In this document: piece by piece, positions 1-9,014 of the stretch | Position numbering within the stretch: position 1 is the first letter of the stretch | Layout of the letters: the number at the start of each line of letters is the position of its first letter | From: an uncultured Anaerolineales bacterium | Lineage (GTDB): Bacteria; Chloroflexota; Anaerolineae; UBA1429 | NCBI GenBank assembly: GCA_964651255.1 | Contig: CAZYWU010000007.1 | Coordinates: 7,817 to 71,816, forward strand | Reading direction: 5' to 3' | DNA length: 64,000 nucleotides | The notes under the pieces: model-generated | Database searches by the model: none | The model's input: the letters and a program-made list of their open reading frames with translations, nothing else | Told to the model about the DNA's origin: nothing | Position numbers and translations under genes: made by a program

Positions 1-865
1 CCTCGCCGATGTCCTCATGGCGGAAAACGCCCCGGAGCCCTCAGGGAACGCTCACCAGGGATCTACGCCAGTCCGCACCGAGTTGGAGCGTCTGTTGGGG
101 AACAGCTCCGACCTCGTCGATCTAGCCGCGATCGTACGCCAGACCGCGCAGCAGATTGAAAGTCTTGCGCACGACCTTCAAGTGCAAGTCAACGTCAAGA
201 GCCCGAATAACCCGGTCTATGTAGTCGGTCAGCGCGTACTCCTCAGGCAGGCGCTGCTAAACCTGATTCGGCACCTCATTGCATGCACCCAACCAAACAC
301 AAGCCTGAGTGTTACGCTCGAGTCGCTTGAAGATAAGGCTCAGCTGTCTATGGTCTACGATGGGCAAGCTCCCGACCGCGAGCCAGAGGCCCAGAGCCCT
401 CTGGCTGTGGCGTACGAGATTTTCCGTCTTTTGGACATCTCTTGTGACACCCGCAAGATAGAAAAGACCTGCGTCGTCGAGGTACGACTGGGGCTGGCCT
501 CCGGGGCCTCAATACTGCTGGTTGATGACAACGAGGATATGATCGCGCTTCTCAGGCGCTACCTGCAATCTCTACCGTACCGGGTGTACAGCGCCGCAAG
601 CTACGACGAGGCCCTCATCCAAGTGGGGGAATACGGACCTCAGGTTGTCATCCTTGACATCATGCTGCCGGGCAGAGATGGCTGGGAGCTGATACACATG
701 CTGCAGCGTCTGCCTCAGGAGCGCAGACCACGCGTTATCGTATGCTCAGTCATCGATGACCCGGAGCTTTCGGCATCACTTGGAGCCGATGCGTTCCTGA
801 GAAAGCCAGTGACACAGCGACAGCTGGTCGAAGCGGTTCAGACCGTCTTGACAGGGCGTGCATAG
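1..865 (+). CDS. Hybrid sensor kinase fragment (5' end cut by window edge): C-terminal part of an HATPase_c domain followed by a CheY-like REC receiver domain
   Basis: The reading frame is open to position 1, so the gene starts upstream of the window. The C-terminal half matches a receiver domain (ILLVDDNEDMIALLRRYL...VVILDIMLPGRDGWELI...KP motifs). The N-terminal part resembles the end of a kinase ATPase domain. Confidence 0.7.
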   Translation, partial: LADVLMAENAPEPSGNAHQGSTPVRTELERLLGNSSDLVDLAAIVRQTAQQIESLAHDLQVQVNVKSPNNPVYVVGQRVLLRQALLNLIRHLIACTQPNTSLSVTLESLEDKAQLSMVYDGQAPDREPEAQSPLAVAYEIFRLLDISCDTRKIEKTCVVEVRLGLASGASILLVDDNEDMIALLRRYLQSLPYRVYSAASYDEALIQVGEYGPQVVILDIMLPGRDGWELIHMLQRLPQERRPRVIVCSVIDDPELSASLGADAFLRKPVTQRQLVEAVQTVLTGRA

Positions 866-3072
866 TCCGGGCGAACGACATCCAGCACTGCGGCGAGAAG
901 ATCCGTCAGCTTTCCGGCCGTAAGCCCGCCAGACTGCGTCAGCGTCAAGTAGTTTCCTCTCTGCAGGAGCAATTCTTCAGCATAGCTTGATGCCGTGATA
1001 CCAACGATCGGGATATCCCTCAGCTCTTTATCTTTATCCAGTTCGGAGATCACCGCGAATCCATCTAGTTCGGGCATCAGCAGGTCGAGAAGAACCAAAT
1101 CGGGCGAATGTGCGCGACAAGCGTCTAGCGCCTGTTCGCCCGAGTAGGCGACGTAAACCAGATAGTTCTCGTCAAGGGTCTCGATCATCCTGGTCATGAG
1201 ACTAACGAACCCAGGGTCATCGTCTACGACAAGCACACGTGCTCCCGGATTGGCCACACTGTGCAACACTCGCGACAGGATTTCGCGCGAGACAGGCTTG
1301 GTGAGGCAGTCGCGCATTCCTGTTACAAGCCCCAGCCAGGAGGGACTGGGGAGTGAGCACCTCAGAACAGGCACATTGTATCGCTCGCAGGATGTGCTGG
1401 GCGACGCCAGCCACTCAGATGGAGACGCATCAGGCAGCTGGTTCACAATCACAGCCGAAGGGTGCTGCTCCGTAATCGCTTCATCAAGATCCTCCAGTGA
1501 TGGTAACGCTCTTACATCACGATCACCGAGATAGCGAGACAACATCTCGGCAATACCGGGATCAGAATCCACGACCAGAACCGGCCCCAGATCCTCCTGC
1601 ACTGCTCTTGGAGGCACACTGACTAGGTCCTGTGCATAGGGCAGGCGAACGCCAGGCAAAGGCAGCGAGAATGTGAAACAACTTCCCTGACCCTCTTCAG
1701 ACTCTACCCACATGTCACCGCCATGCAGCCTGACGAACTGCCGGCTGAGCGCAAGTCCAAGCCCAGCTCCCCCGCGACTTCGTGCACCGACATGTGCCTG
1801 AGAGAACTTTTCGAATATGTGCGCGACCTGTTCACGCGGAATGCCAACTCCTGTATCACGTACAGAGACTTCTACGCGATCCTCGAAAGATCGAACTGCG
1901 ACAGTAATGGCACCCTGATCGGTAAAGCGGATCGCGTTGTTCAGAAGGTTCAGCATGACCTGACGGATCCTGGTACGGTCAATCAGCAGGCTGGGGATAT
2001 CTGGATCGTAGCTGATCTCATAGCGCAGACCCCGCTGTTCGAGCAACGGCCGAATAGTTTCAGCTGCCTCATCGATTACGGAACGCAGACTGAGCAGTTC
2101 ACGGAGCATGGGCATCCTGGCGGAATCGATCCGCGACAGGTCCAGAATATCGCTGATCAGGCTCTCCAGGTGTCGACCAGCGCGATACATTCGGCCAATG
2201 TCACCGACAAGCTCCGGAGTCCATCGTACCCCTTCATAGCTCTCAGGCGAGAGATACATCATCTCCACAAAACCTACGATCAGGTTTAGTGGCGTTCGCA
2301 ACTCATGGCTGATATTCACTACAAACTGCTCGCGGAGCGCCCGTGCCTCATCAGCTTCCTGCCGGGCAACGGCCAGTTCCCGGTTGCTGCGTTCGAGACG
2401 CCGCGATGCCTCCGTGAGCGCTTCCAAGGTGCGGTTCAGCTTTCCGCGGCTTTCGCGCAGCTGTGCAAGCAGTTGATTGGCACGTTCAGAGCTGTTCCAT
2501 GACCATTCTAGAAACGTATACAGGCCACGAAAAGAGATGAACTGGGTCACAACAATAATCGCATAGATGGGCACCAGCGGCACCAAACCCGGGAGTTGTC
2601 GGCCAAGTGCCAGGCCGCCGGCGTCCAGTACCGCCGCTGCCAGGCCATGCCATGGACCAACCGCTGCGTTAGTGAGAATGATCATGATACCGAAATACTG
2701 GAGAGGTCTTGGGTAGCCACCCAGGGCAACTATATGACTGGTGACGGGCAGAATCAGCAATGATGCATAGGCAAGCAGTGGCAGGCGTTCCCAAAACACC
2801 ACCGCTGTGACACCAGCCACGAGCACTAGCGCCCAAACAACAAACTCCTGCCATCGGAACGGGCTGCCTGGCAGGAACTCCCATGCCATATAGCCGGCCA
2901 CGACAATGTACAGCAGCCCCACGCGACGAGCCTGAGCACGGGTGACTTCCTGCAGGTCCAGTTTTCGGCTGTCGGCTGAATGCAACACCGTTTGCTCTAA
3001 AGTCCCCTCTGATGGGTCCAGACTGGCATTGCTTTCAACATTTGATGCCGTGCCCCACGTGTGCTCAAACAT
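838..3072 (-). CDS. Hybrid sensor histidine kinase: N-terminal multi-TM region, coiled coil, HisKA (ISHELRTPLN), HATPase_c (GGAGLGLALS), two C-terminal REC domains
   Basis: 744-aa ORF with canonical H-box, N/G1/G2 boxes and two receiver-like blocks (VLVVDDDPGF...LDLLMPELDGF). Its 3' end overlaps the convergent gene at 838-865. Confidence 0.8.
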   Translation of the reverse strand: MFEHTWGTASNVESNASLDPSEGTLEQTVLHSADSRKLDLQEVTRAQARRVGLLYIVVAGYMAWEFLPGSPFRWQEFVVWALVLVAGVTAVVFWERLPLLAYASLLILPVTSHIVALGGYPRPLQYFGIMIILTNAAVGPWHGLAAAVLDAGGLALGRQLPGLVPLVPIYAIIVVTQFISFRGLYTFLEWSWNSSERANQLLAQLRESRGKLNRTLEALTEASRRLERSNRELAVARQEADEARALREQFVVNISHELRTPLNLIVGFVEMMYLSPESYEGVRWTPELVGDIGRMYRAGRHLESLISDILDLSRIDSARMPMLRELLSLRSVIDEAAETIRPLLEQRGLRYEISYDPDIPSLLIDRTRIRQVMLNLLNNAIRFTDQGAITVAVRSFEDRVEVSVRDTGVGIPREQVAHIFEKFSQAHVGARSRGGAGLGLALSRQFVRLHGGDMWVESEEGQGSCFTFSLPLPGVRLPYAQDLVSVPPRAVQEDLGPVLVVDSDPGIAEMLSRYLGDRDVRALPSLEDLDEAITEQHPSAVIVNQLPDASPSEWLASPSTSCERYNVPVLRCSLPSPSWLGLVTGMRDCLTKPVSREILSRVLHSVANPGARVLVVDDDPGFVSLMTRMIETLDENYLVYVAYSGEQALDACRAHSPDLVLLDLLMPELDGFAVISELDKDKELRDIPIVGITASSYAEELLLQRGNYLTLTQSGGLTAGKLTDLLAAVLDVVRPDYARPVKTV

Positions 3073-3097
3073 CGTGCTGCCCTCCGCTCCGCGACGC

Positions 3098-3856
3098 TCA
3101 ACCGATGCGATCTCCGTTTCGGCCCATCCTCCCCAACGCCCACTCTACCGCCAGGGGCACCTGCGCATCCCAGGTCCCGTGGTCGTGGGCGCCGGCATGC
3201 TCGATCCAATCGTGCGCCAGGCCCAATGCGGCGAGGTGCTCGTGGAACGCCAGGTTTGTGCCGTACAGGTGGTCCTCGGTGCCGCAGGAGAGGCGCAGGG
3301 CGACCGAGGGGCTGCCTGGCGCCGGATGCTCCGTCAGGTAAAAGACATCGTTCGTCTCGCGGGGCAGCGCCCGCCCCAGAGCGCCCACGTCGTCATCCTC
3401 GTGCCGGCCGGTCATGTCGTGCCCGTAGTAGGTCGAGCCCGAGATCGATGCGCCGGCGCAGAACAGATCGGGGTGCTTGAGCGACAGCAACAGGGCGCCG
3501 TACCCGCCCATACTCAACCCAACGCAGGCGCGGGCCTCCCGCTCGCGCCGCACAGGAAAGACGCGTTCCACATAAGTGCGGATCTCGTCCGCCACATAGT
3601 CCTCGTACGGCAGGCCGCCCGGGCGCGGGTCGTTGGTGTAATAGGACCGATCGGCATCCGGCATTACCACGACCGCTGGCTTGCCCTCCATGATCCGCTC
3701 GAGGTTGTGGAACCTCGTCCAGACCGAGGCATCGGCTGAAAGGCCGTGCAGCAGATAGATGGTCGCAAAGGGAGGATCCCCATCGGGCACCAGCACCTGC
3801 ATCGTGGTGCTCTTACCGATCGTCGCGCTGTACCAGTGAATAATGTGCAGTCCCAC
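3098..3856 (-). CDS. alpha/beta-hydrolase esterase (esterase D / S-formylglutathione hydrolase-like, CE1-type)
   Basis: GLSMGG nucleophile elbow, HGLSADASVW oxyanion region, and a length and motif order typical of putative esterase family proteins. Confidence 0.75.
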   Translation of the reverse strand: MGLHIIHWYSATIGKSTTMQVLVPDGDPPFATIYLLHGLSADASVWTRFHNLERIMEGKPAVVVMPDADRSYYTNDPRPGGLPYEDYVADEIRTYVERVFPVRREREARACVGLSMGGYGALLLSLKHPDLFCAGASISGSTYYGHDMTGRHEDDDVGALGRALPRETNDVFYLTEHPAPGSPSVALRLSCGTEDHLYGTNLAFHEHLAALGLAHDWIEHAGAHDHGTWDAQVPLAVEWALGRMGRNGDRIG

Positions 3857-3901
3857 TATACGCCTCCCTGACGGTCGTTCTCGTCCCTTTTCTCCGTTCC
3901 A

Positions 3902-4822
3902 TCACAGGACCTGGGAACCGCCCCCCGCAGCCCGCTGCGTCCTGGGAACGATGAGCTGCACCGCTCCAGAGATCACACGGGCAGTGACGGGCGTGCAGCC
4001 GATCAAATCCCCATCGGCCTGAACGTCCAGCGGCTCGCGGCACGTGATCGTAACCTCATCATGAACGTCCAGGACCTGAATGTGCCGGCGCGTCCGGCGG
4101 CGACCGAGCAGCAGCTCCCAGGCTACATGCAAATAGTCGCGCACATCCCGGGCGCGAAAGGCGACAACCTGTAGAACGCCGTCCGCAGGATGGATGCTGG
4201 TCGAGGCGCGCAGATCGGGCAGGCCCATCGACGGGCAGTTGGCCACCAGAACCTCCGTGGCGCGCAGACGCATCTCCTCACCGTCAAGAGTGAGGTCGAT
4301 GTCCTTGACGCCTGCTGCGAATAGATTCCTGGCGCCCGCCCACACATACGCCAGCATGCCAAAGCGCTGCTTGTCCTCGGAGGCCGTGTCGCGGATAATC
4401 CCGGCACTCAGTCCGATGCTCAAGTTCAGAAACGCATAGGCGTCGCCCACCTGAATGGCGTCGAGGGCGAGGGTAGCATGCTCTCCAGCGATCAGACCCA
4501 GCGCATCCTCTAGCCGGCTAGGCAGACCCGTATCATGTGCGAGCACATTGGCGGTCCCCTCCGGAAGGATGCCCAGCTCGACGCCGGTCCCCACCAGATT
4601 TGCTGCGACGACACGCACGGTGCCATCGCCACCGGCGGCAACCACCGCGTCCACCCCCGCCGCCACATGCTCCTGGATCACCGGGCCAACATCGCGGCCC
4701 TCCTCGAGCAGGTACAGCTCATAGCTCCATGGATCGATCAGCCGGCGCGCCAGGGCTCCGCGCAACTGATCGATATTGGCACTGCCCGACCTGGGGTTCG
4801 CAACAACGAAGGCTTTCGGCAT
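3902..4822 (-). CDS. YegS/BmrU-type lipid kinase (diacylglycerol kinase catalytic domain family)
   Basis: Start is placed at MPKAFVV (an AGGAAG RBS precedes it), not at the upstream M of the track ORF. GGDGT motif (AAGGDGTVRVVA) and the DAGK_cat fold signature are present. Confidence 0.75.
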   Translation of the reverse strand: MPKAFVVANPRSGSANIDQLRGALARRLIDPWSYELYLLEEGRDVGPVIQEHVAAGVDAVVAAGGDGTVRVVAANLVGTGVELGILPEGTANVLAHDTGLPSRLEDALGLIAGEHATLALDAIQVGDAYAFLNLSIGLSAGIIRDTASEDKQRFGMLAYVWAGARNLFAAGVKDIDLTLDGEEMRLRATEVLVANCPSMGLPDLRASTSIHPADGVLQVVAFRARDVRDYLHVAWELLLGRRRTRRHIQVLDVHDEVTITCREPLDVQADGDLIGCTPVTARVISGAVQLIVPRTQRAAGGGSQVL

Positions 4823-5002
4823 ACGCTGCTTCCTACTGTGCCGCTCGCACGTAGCGCATCGGGTTTGCCAGCAGACGACTGCGAGCCGAGTATACCGGCG
4901 GCCGCCTGGCACCTCAAGCGCCCAGCCGGACCCCAGAGTTTACGGCGTTCTCTGGCCACGAGCCAGCGCGAGCCCTGTAATGTGAGCGGCGTCATCGTAG
5001 AG

Positions 5003-5929
5003 TCAAGAGGGATAATACTGCGCCGCGAAGAGCACAGGATCGGCATAGTGTCCGTTCCAGACCCAGTACTGCGGCTCGGGATGAGAGCCCCAGCAGAGCG
5101 CGTGATGCTCGCCGCGGACACTCAGCGCGTGAATCATCACAAAGGAGAGCAGGTCATCGGACATGTACTGCAGGTCTCCCATGGCCTCCTCGCAGGCGGC
5201 ACGAAGCGATAGTCCCATCTTGAGATAGAGCACTACGGCGCGCGCGGTGCCGGCACGGATGGTCAGCTCGCCCTGCCCAATACAGGCCGCAGCTCCGTAA
5301 CGGTCGTCCACGTAGGACCCGGCCCCCACGATGGGTGAATCACCGAGCCGCCCGGGATACTTGAGCGCCCATCCGCTCGTGCTCACGCCGGCCGCCATGT
5401 GACCGGCATCGTCCTGCGCCAGATACACCGTGGTCCCATGGGTGTGCATGGGATCGGCGGCGCGCCACGCCAGGTCCGCGAGCGGACCGGCCGACGCGGC
5501 TTCATCTCCGTCACCGGCATTGGCCTCGTCGCGCCAGCGCTCCCAAAAAGCCCTGGCCTCACTTGTGAGGTTGTCGCCCGCTTCCGAGCCGCACTCTGCC
5601 GCGAACAACGCCGCCCCTTGCCCGACCAGCAGCACGTGCGGTAACCGCTCCATCACACATCGAGCGACACTGATCGGGTGTAGATAACCCTGCAGCGCGC
5701 CCACTGCTCCGGTGCGCAGCGTGCGACCATCCATGATGGCGGCATCCAGCTCCACCTGGCCCAGAAGATTCGGCCAGCCGCCGGTCCCCACCGTGTGGTT
5801 CTCAGGATCCGCTTCCACAGCGCGGATGCCCCGCTCGATGGCATCGAGTGCGGCACCGCCCCCACGCAGCACACCAGCGGCCAGGCCAACTCCCACACCG
5901 CCTCCCTGATTGCAGATCACGATCCCCAT
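5003..5929 (-). CDS. Ntn-hydrolase of the asparaginase_2 family (isoaspartyl peptidase / L-asparaginase, or glycosylasparaginase)
   Basis: MGIVICNQGGG N-terminus, HGTT autoprocessing/nucleophile Thr motif, and GRLGDSPIVGAGSY and AACIGQGE blocks typical of plant-type asparaginase / aspartylglucosaminidase. Confidence 0.8.
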   Translation of the reverse strand: MGIVICNQGGGVGVGLAAGVLRGGGAALDAIERGIRAVEADPENHTVGTGGWPNLLGQVELDAAIMDGRTLRTGAVGALQGYLHPISVARCVMERLPHVLLVGQGAALFAAECGSEAGDNLTSEARAFWERWRDEANAGDGDEAASAGPLADLAWRAADPMHTHGTTVYLAQDDAGHMAAGVSTSGWALKYPGRLGDSPIVGAGSYVDDRYGAAACIGQGELTIRAGTARAVVLYLKMGLSLRAACEEAMGDLQYMSDDLLSFVMIHALSVRGEHHALCWGSHPEPQYWVWNGHYADPVLFAAQYYPS

Positions 5930-6078
5930 CGGCGCCCCCTCAAGTCGCTCTTGCGCTAACGCCCCGTTTCATGCGATTCATGCCCTGTAGCAACAGGGCA
6001 CGCGTTCGGTTGCGTGCCCTGCAGTCCTGTATATTTCGTGGTCCGAGATTCCGCTCTGGAGCGATTCCCGACCCGTGC

Positions 6079-6999
6079 TCAGATGGCGTAGGTGTGCAAG
6101 AGCTCCTGCGCCACAAGCAACGACTCTCGGGCAGCCGCCTCCGGGTCGTCGTTCTCGTTCAGGTCCACCGTCCACCAGGAGAGCTTTTTGAGCTCCTCGC
6201 GCAGGTAATAAAGGTCCGTTTCATAGTCGATCTTGCCCTGCCCCAACGCAACGTGCGAGCTGCTCTCGCTGCGCGGCGAGATCGTGCCATCGGTATCCGA
6301 AAGATGCAGGTGCCCGATATAGTCCTGGATATCGCGCCCCAACGAGACGATACCATACGGCAACGTCTGTCGAATGCCTGGCTGGCGCGCGCCCATGACT
6401 GTCATCATATAGGCATGGCTCATATCGAGAATGACGTGCATGTTGCGCTCGGGCATGGCCTCGAGCAGGCGACGCACTTCACTGGGCTTGTTGATCAGAA
6501 AGCGGGGTTCGAACTCCCACTGCAGCCCGACACCGATCTTCAGCCCTGCCTCGGCGGCCCTGTCCCAGTTTACGACTACCCTGCGAAAGCGCGCGGCGTA
6601 TTCCTCAGCGGTGAGCTCCTCGGGGGGCACGCCAGTGTCCACCCGCAGCACGTCGGTGCGCACGCCGACACAGAGCTCCATGGCCTTCATGATCTCGGCC
6701 AGATAGGTCTCCTCGTCGGTCAGTGCCGCCGGCACATGGCGCAGGTCAGGGGCGTAACCCGAAACGGCCAGCCCGCGGCTCTCGATCATGGCGCGCAAGG
6801 CCTGGCGCTTTTCCGGGGTGTCATAGTCGTCATAGTGAGCGTGTGGGCGATACCCGCTCAGTTCGACGCCCTCGTAACCGACCTCCGCCGCAAAGTCGAG
6901 CACGCGCTCAAGACTCCACGGATTGTCCGTATAGGGCCCTCGCAAAAAGGCCCATGTTCCCAGCGATATCTGCGGCATTCTTTTCTCCTCGCACGACAC
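6079..6999 (-). CDS. Sugar phosphate isomerase/epimerase (xylose-isomerase-like TIM barrel)
   Basis: AP-endonuclease-2 / xylose-isomerase-like TIM barrel signature (GYEGVEL, metal-binding H/D/E pattern). About 300 aa. Confidence 0.7.
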   Translation of the reverse strand: MSCEEKRMPQISLGTWAFLRGPYTDNPWSLERVLDFAAEVGYEGVELSGYRPHAHYDDYDTPEKRQALRAMIESRGLAVSGYAPDLRHVPAALTDEETYLAEIMKAMELCVGVRTDVLRVDTGVPPEELTAEEYAARFRRVVVNWDRAAEAGLKIGVGLQWEFEPRFLINKPSEVRRLLEAMPERNMHVILDMSHAYMMTVMGARQPGIRQTLPYGIVSLGRDIQDYIGHLHLSDTDGTISPRSESSSHVALGQGKIDYETDLYYLREELKKLSWWTVDLNENDDPEAAARESLLVAQELLHTYAI

Positions 7000-7208
7000 A
7001 TCTGCGCTCTTTGCCAGGCACGGCTCAGGGCCCCTCTGCCCGGAGCGACGCCTGCCTCAAGGCCTATATTCTAGCGAATGGCCGCCCCACCGGCAAACCG
7101 CGCGGGGCTCCAGCCACGGAGCGCAGCGTCTCGAGATGAGAGCGGGCCGCCCATCCAGGCGACCCGCCAGGGCAAATCCACCACGCTCTCGCGGTGCAGC
7201 GCACAACC

Positions 7209-7949
7209 CTATCCCCGGCCGAGGTACTTTTGCTGCAAGGGCAACACGATCGCCTCCAGCATATTGGCCTCGGGCGGCAAGGTCACCATCAGCAGCGCCG
7301 TGCGCGCGATGACGTCGACGTCGAACATCGGCTCCTCATCGGCCGCCCGCCCATGCTGCTGGCCCAGCGCGCGACGTTCAACGAAGGTGTTGCCCGGGTG
7401 CAGGGCGCTCACGGCAATGCCATAGTCGCGACCCTCCAGCGCAGCGGCCTGCGTAAGTCCCCAGACACCGAACTTGGTCGCGGTGTAGGGGGCCGACCGC
7501 TCGCGGCTGCGCTGGGCCGAGATGCTGCCAATATTGATGATGCGCCCGCCGCCGGCTGGCTTCATGATGCGAAAGGCCTCGCGGATGCAGAGGAAGGGCC
7601 CGGTCAGGTTCGCGTTCACCACGTTCTGCCAGGCAGAGAGGGGGATGTCCTCGATCCAGCCGCCATCAAAGGCGCCGGCGCTGTTTACCAGGATGTCCAG
7701 CCGGCCGTACTCTTGCATGGTGCGCGCGAACAGCGCCGCCACCTGCTCTTCATTGGCCACATCAGCAGGCACGGCCAGTGCCTTGCCGCCCGCCGCCCGC
7801 ATCTTCTCGGCAGCAGCCTCCAGGCGCTCAGCCTTGCGCCCCGCCAGCACCACGGCGCACCCTTCGCTGGCGTACAGTCTTGCGATGCCCTTGCCGATGC
7901 CGCTCCCGCCGCCCGTGATGATCGCTACTTTACCGTCCAGTTGTCCCAT
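7209..7949 (-). CDS. SDR-family NAD(P)-dependent oxidoreductase
   Basis: TGGGSGIGKG Rossmann motif, NSAG, and the S...YxxxK catalytic triad (SAPYTATK). Confidence 0.85.
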   Translation of the reverse strand: MGQLDGKVAIITGGGSGIGKGIARLYASEGCAVVLAGRKAERLEAAAEKMRAAGGKALAVPADVANEEQVAALFARTMQEYGRLDILVNSAGAFDGGWIEDIPLSAWQNVVNANLTGPFLCIREAFRIMKPAGGGRIINIGSISAQRSRERSAPYTATKFGVWGLTQAAALEGRDYGIAVSALHPGNTFVERRALGQQHGRAADEEPMFDVDVIARTALLMVTLPPEANMLEAIVLPLQQKYLGRG

Positions 7950-7973
7950 TTTGTCCTCCAGTATCGTCTGCGA

Positions 7974-9005
7974 TCAGGCCATGTGTTCCAGCATCTCGCG
8001 GGTGACGGCATAGCGCGGCACCCGGCCATCGCGCCACTCGCAGAATGCTTCCATGGCATAGTCGGCCAGCCGGCCCACCTCATTGTTCAACGAGCCGGCG
8101 ATGTGGCTGCTCAGATGGACGTTGGGCAGCCGGTACAGCGGTGAATCCGGCTCGGGCGGCTCCGGATACGTCACATCCAGCAAAGCCGTCAGATCTGCCC
8201 GCTCCGCCATGACCGCGGCGAACTCGCTCTCGACCACCTGCGCCCCGCGACCGGTGTTGATGAACACTGCACCGGGCTGCATGCTGGCGAAAAGGTTACC
8301 GCCCAGTACGCCCACCAGCTCCGGCAGGTTCGGAAGGTGGTTGCTCACCACATAGGCCTCGCGAAAGGCCTGCTCCATACTCACCAGCCGCACACCCAGG
8401 GCGGCTGCGTCAGTCTCGCTGAGGAAGGGGTCCACCACGAGAATCTCCAATCGGAAAGGTCTCAACCGTTCAATGAGGGCGCGCGCCACCTGCCCAGCCC
8501 CGATCAGGGCCACCGCCACGTCATAGATGCCCGGGCCGCGATAGCATTCGTGCGGTGTCAGACCCGTCTCGGGGCGATAGTCACGGACATTGCGAAAGTA
8601 GCCCTTGCACGCCAGCAGGATCTGCGCCAGCGCGAACTCGGCCACCGGGATGGCGTTGGCCGCCCACGCGCTGGTCAGCAGGATGCCGCGCTCCAACAGG
8701 GGCTCTGCGAAGGGCTTGACCGTGCCCGCCGCATAGAATACTGCCTGCAGTTTCGGCAGCAGATCCAGCGCGGCCCCATTTAGCAACGGCATCCCCCAGG
8801 TTGAAAAGATCACCTGCAGGTCACCCATCTGCTCCAGCAAGTGCAGGTTGCCCGCGTGCACGTCCTCAGAATAGAGGTCCGTCCACTCGGCGATGCGGCG
8901 ACGCCGCTCCGGCCCGTAGACATAGTCCACCTGGCTCTGCCGGCCGTAGATGCCCTGGCCGCCAAAGAACGCTGCCTTCGGGCGAGTCCCCGGTTCTGTC
9001 ATCAA
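7974..9005 (-). CDS. D-isomer-specific 2-hydroxyacid dehydrogenase family protein
   Basis: NAD-binding GxGxxG (LIGAGQVARA) and catalytic-domain blocks (FINTGRG, HIAGS with the catalytic His). Confidence 0.8.
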   Translation of the reverse strand: MMTEPGTRPKAAFFGGQGIYGRQSQVDYVYGPERRRRIAEWTDLYSEDVHAGNLHLLEQMGDLQVIFSTWGMPLLNGAALDLLPKLQAVFYAAGTVKPFAEPLLERGILLTSAWAANAIPVAEFALAQILLACKGYFRNVRDYRPETGLTPHECYRGPGIYDVAVALIGAGQVARALIERLRPFRLEILVVDPFLSETDAAALGVRLVSMEQAFREAYVVSNHLPNLPELVGVLGGNLFASMQPGAVFINTGRGAQVVESEFAAVMAERADLTALLDVTYPEPPEPDSPLYRLPNVHLSSHIAGSLNNEVGRLADYAMEAFCEWRDGRVPRYAVTREMLEHMA

Positions 9006-9014
9006 CTTCCTCCG

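Noticed and set aside
838-865. A 28-nt overlap of the 3' ends of two convergent kinase genes, as a possible antisense regulatory feature.
   Set aside because: Short convergent overlaps are common in compact high-GC genomes, and there is no independent evidence of function.
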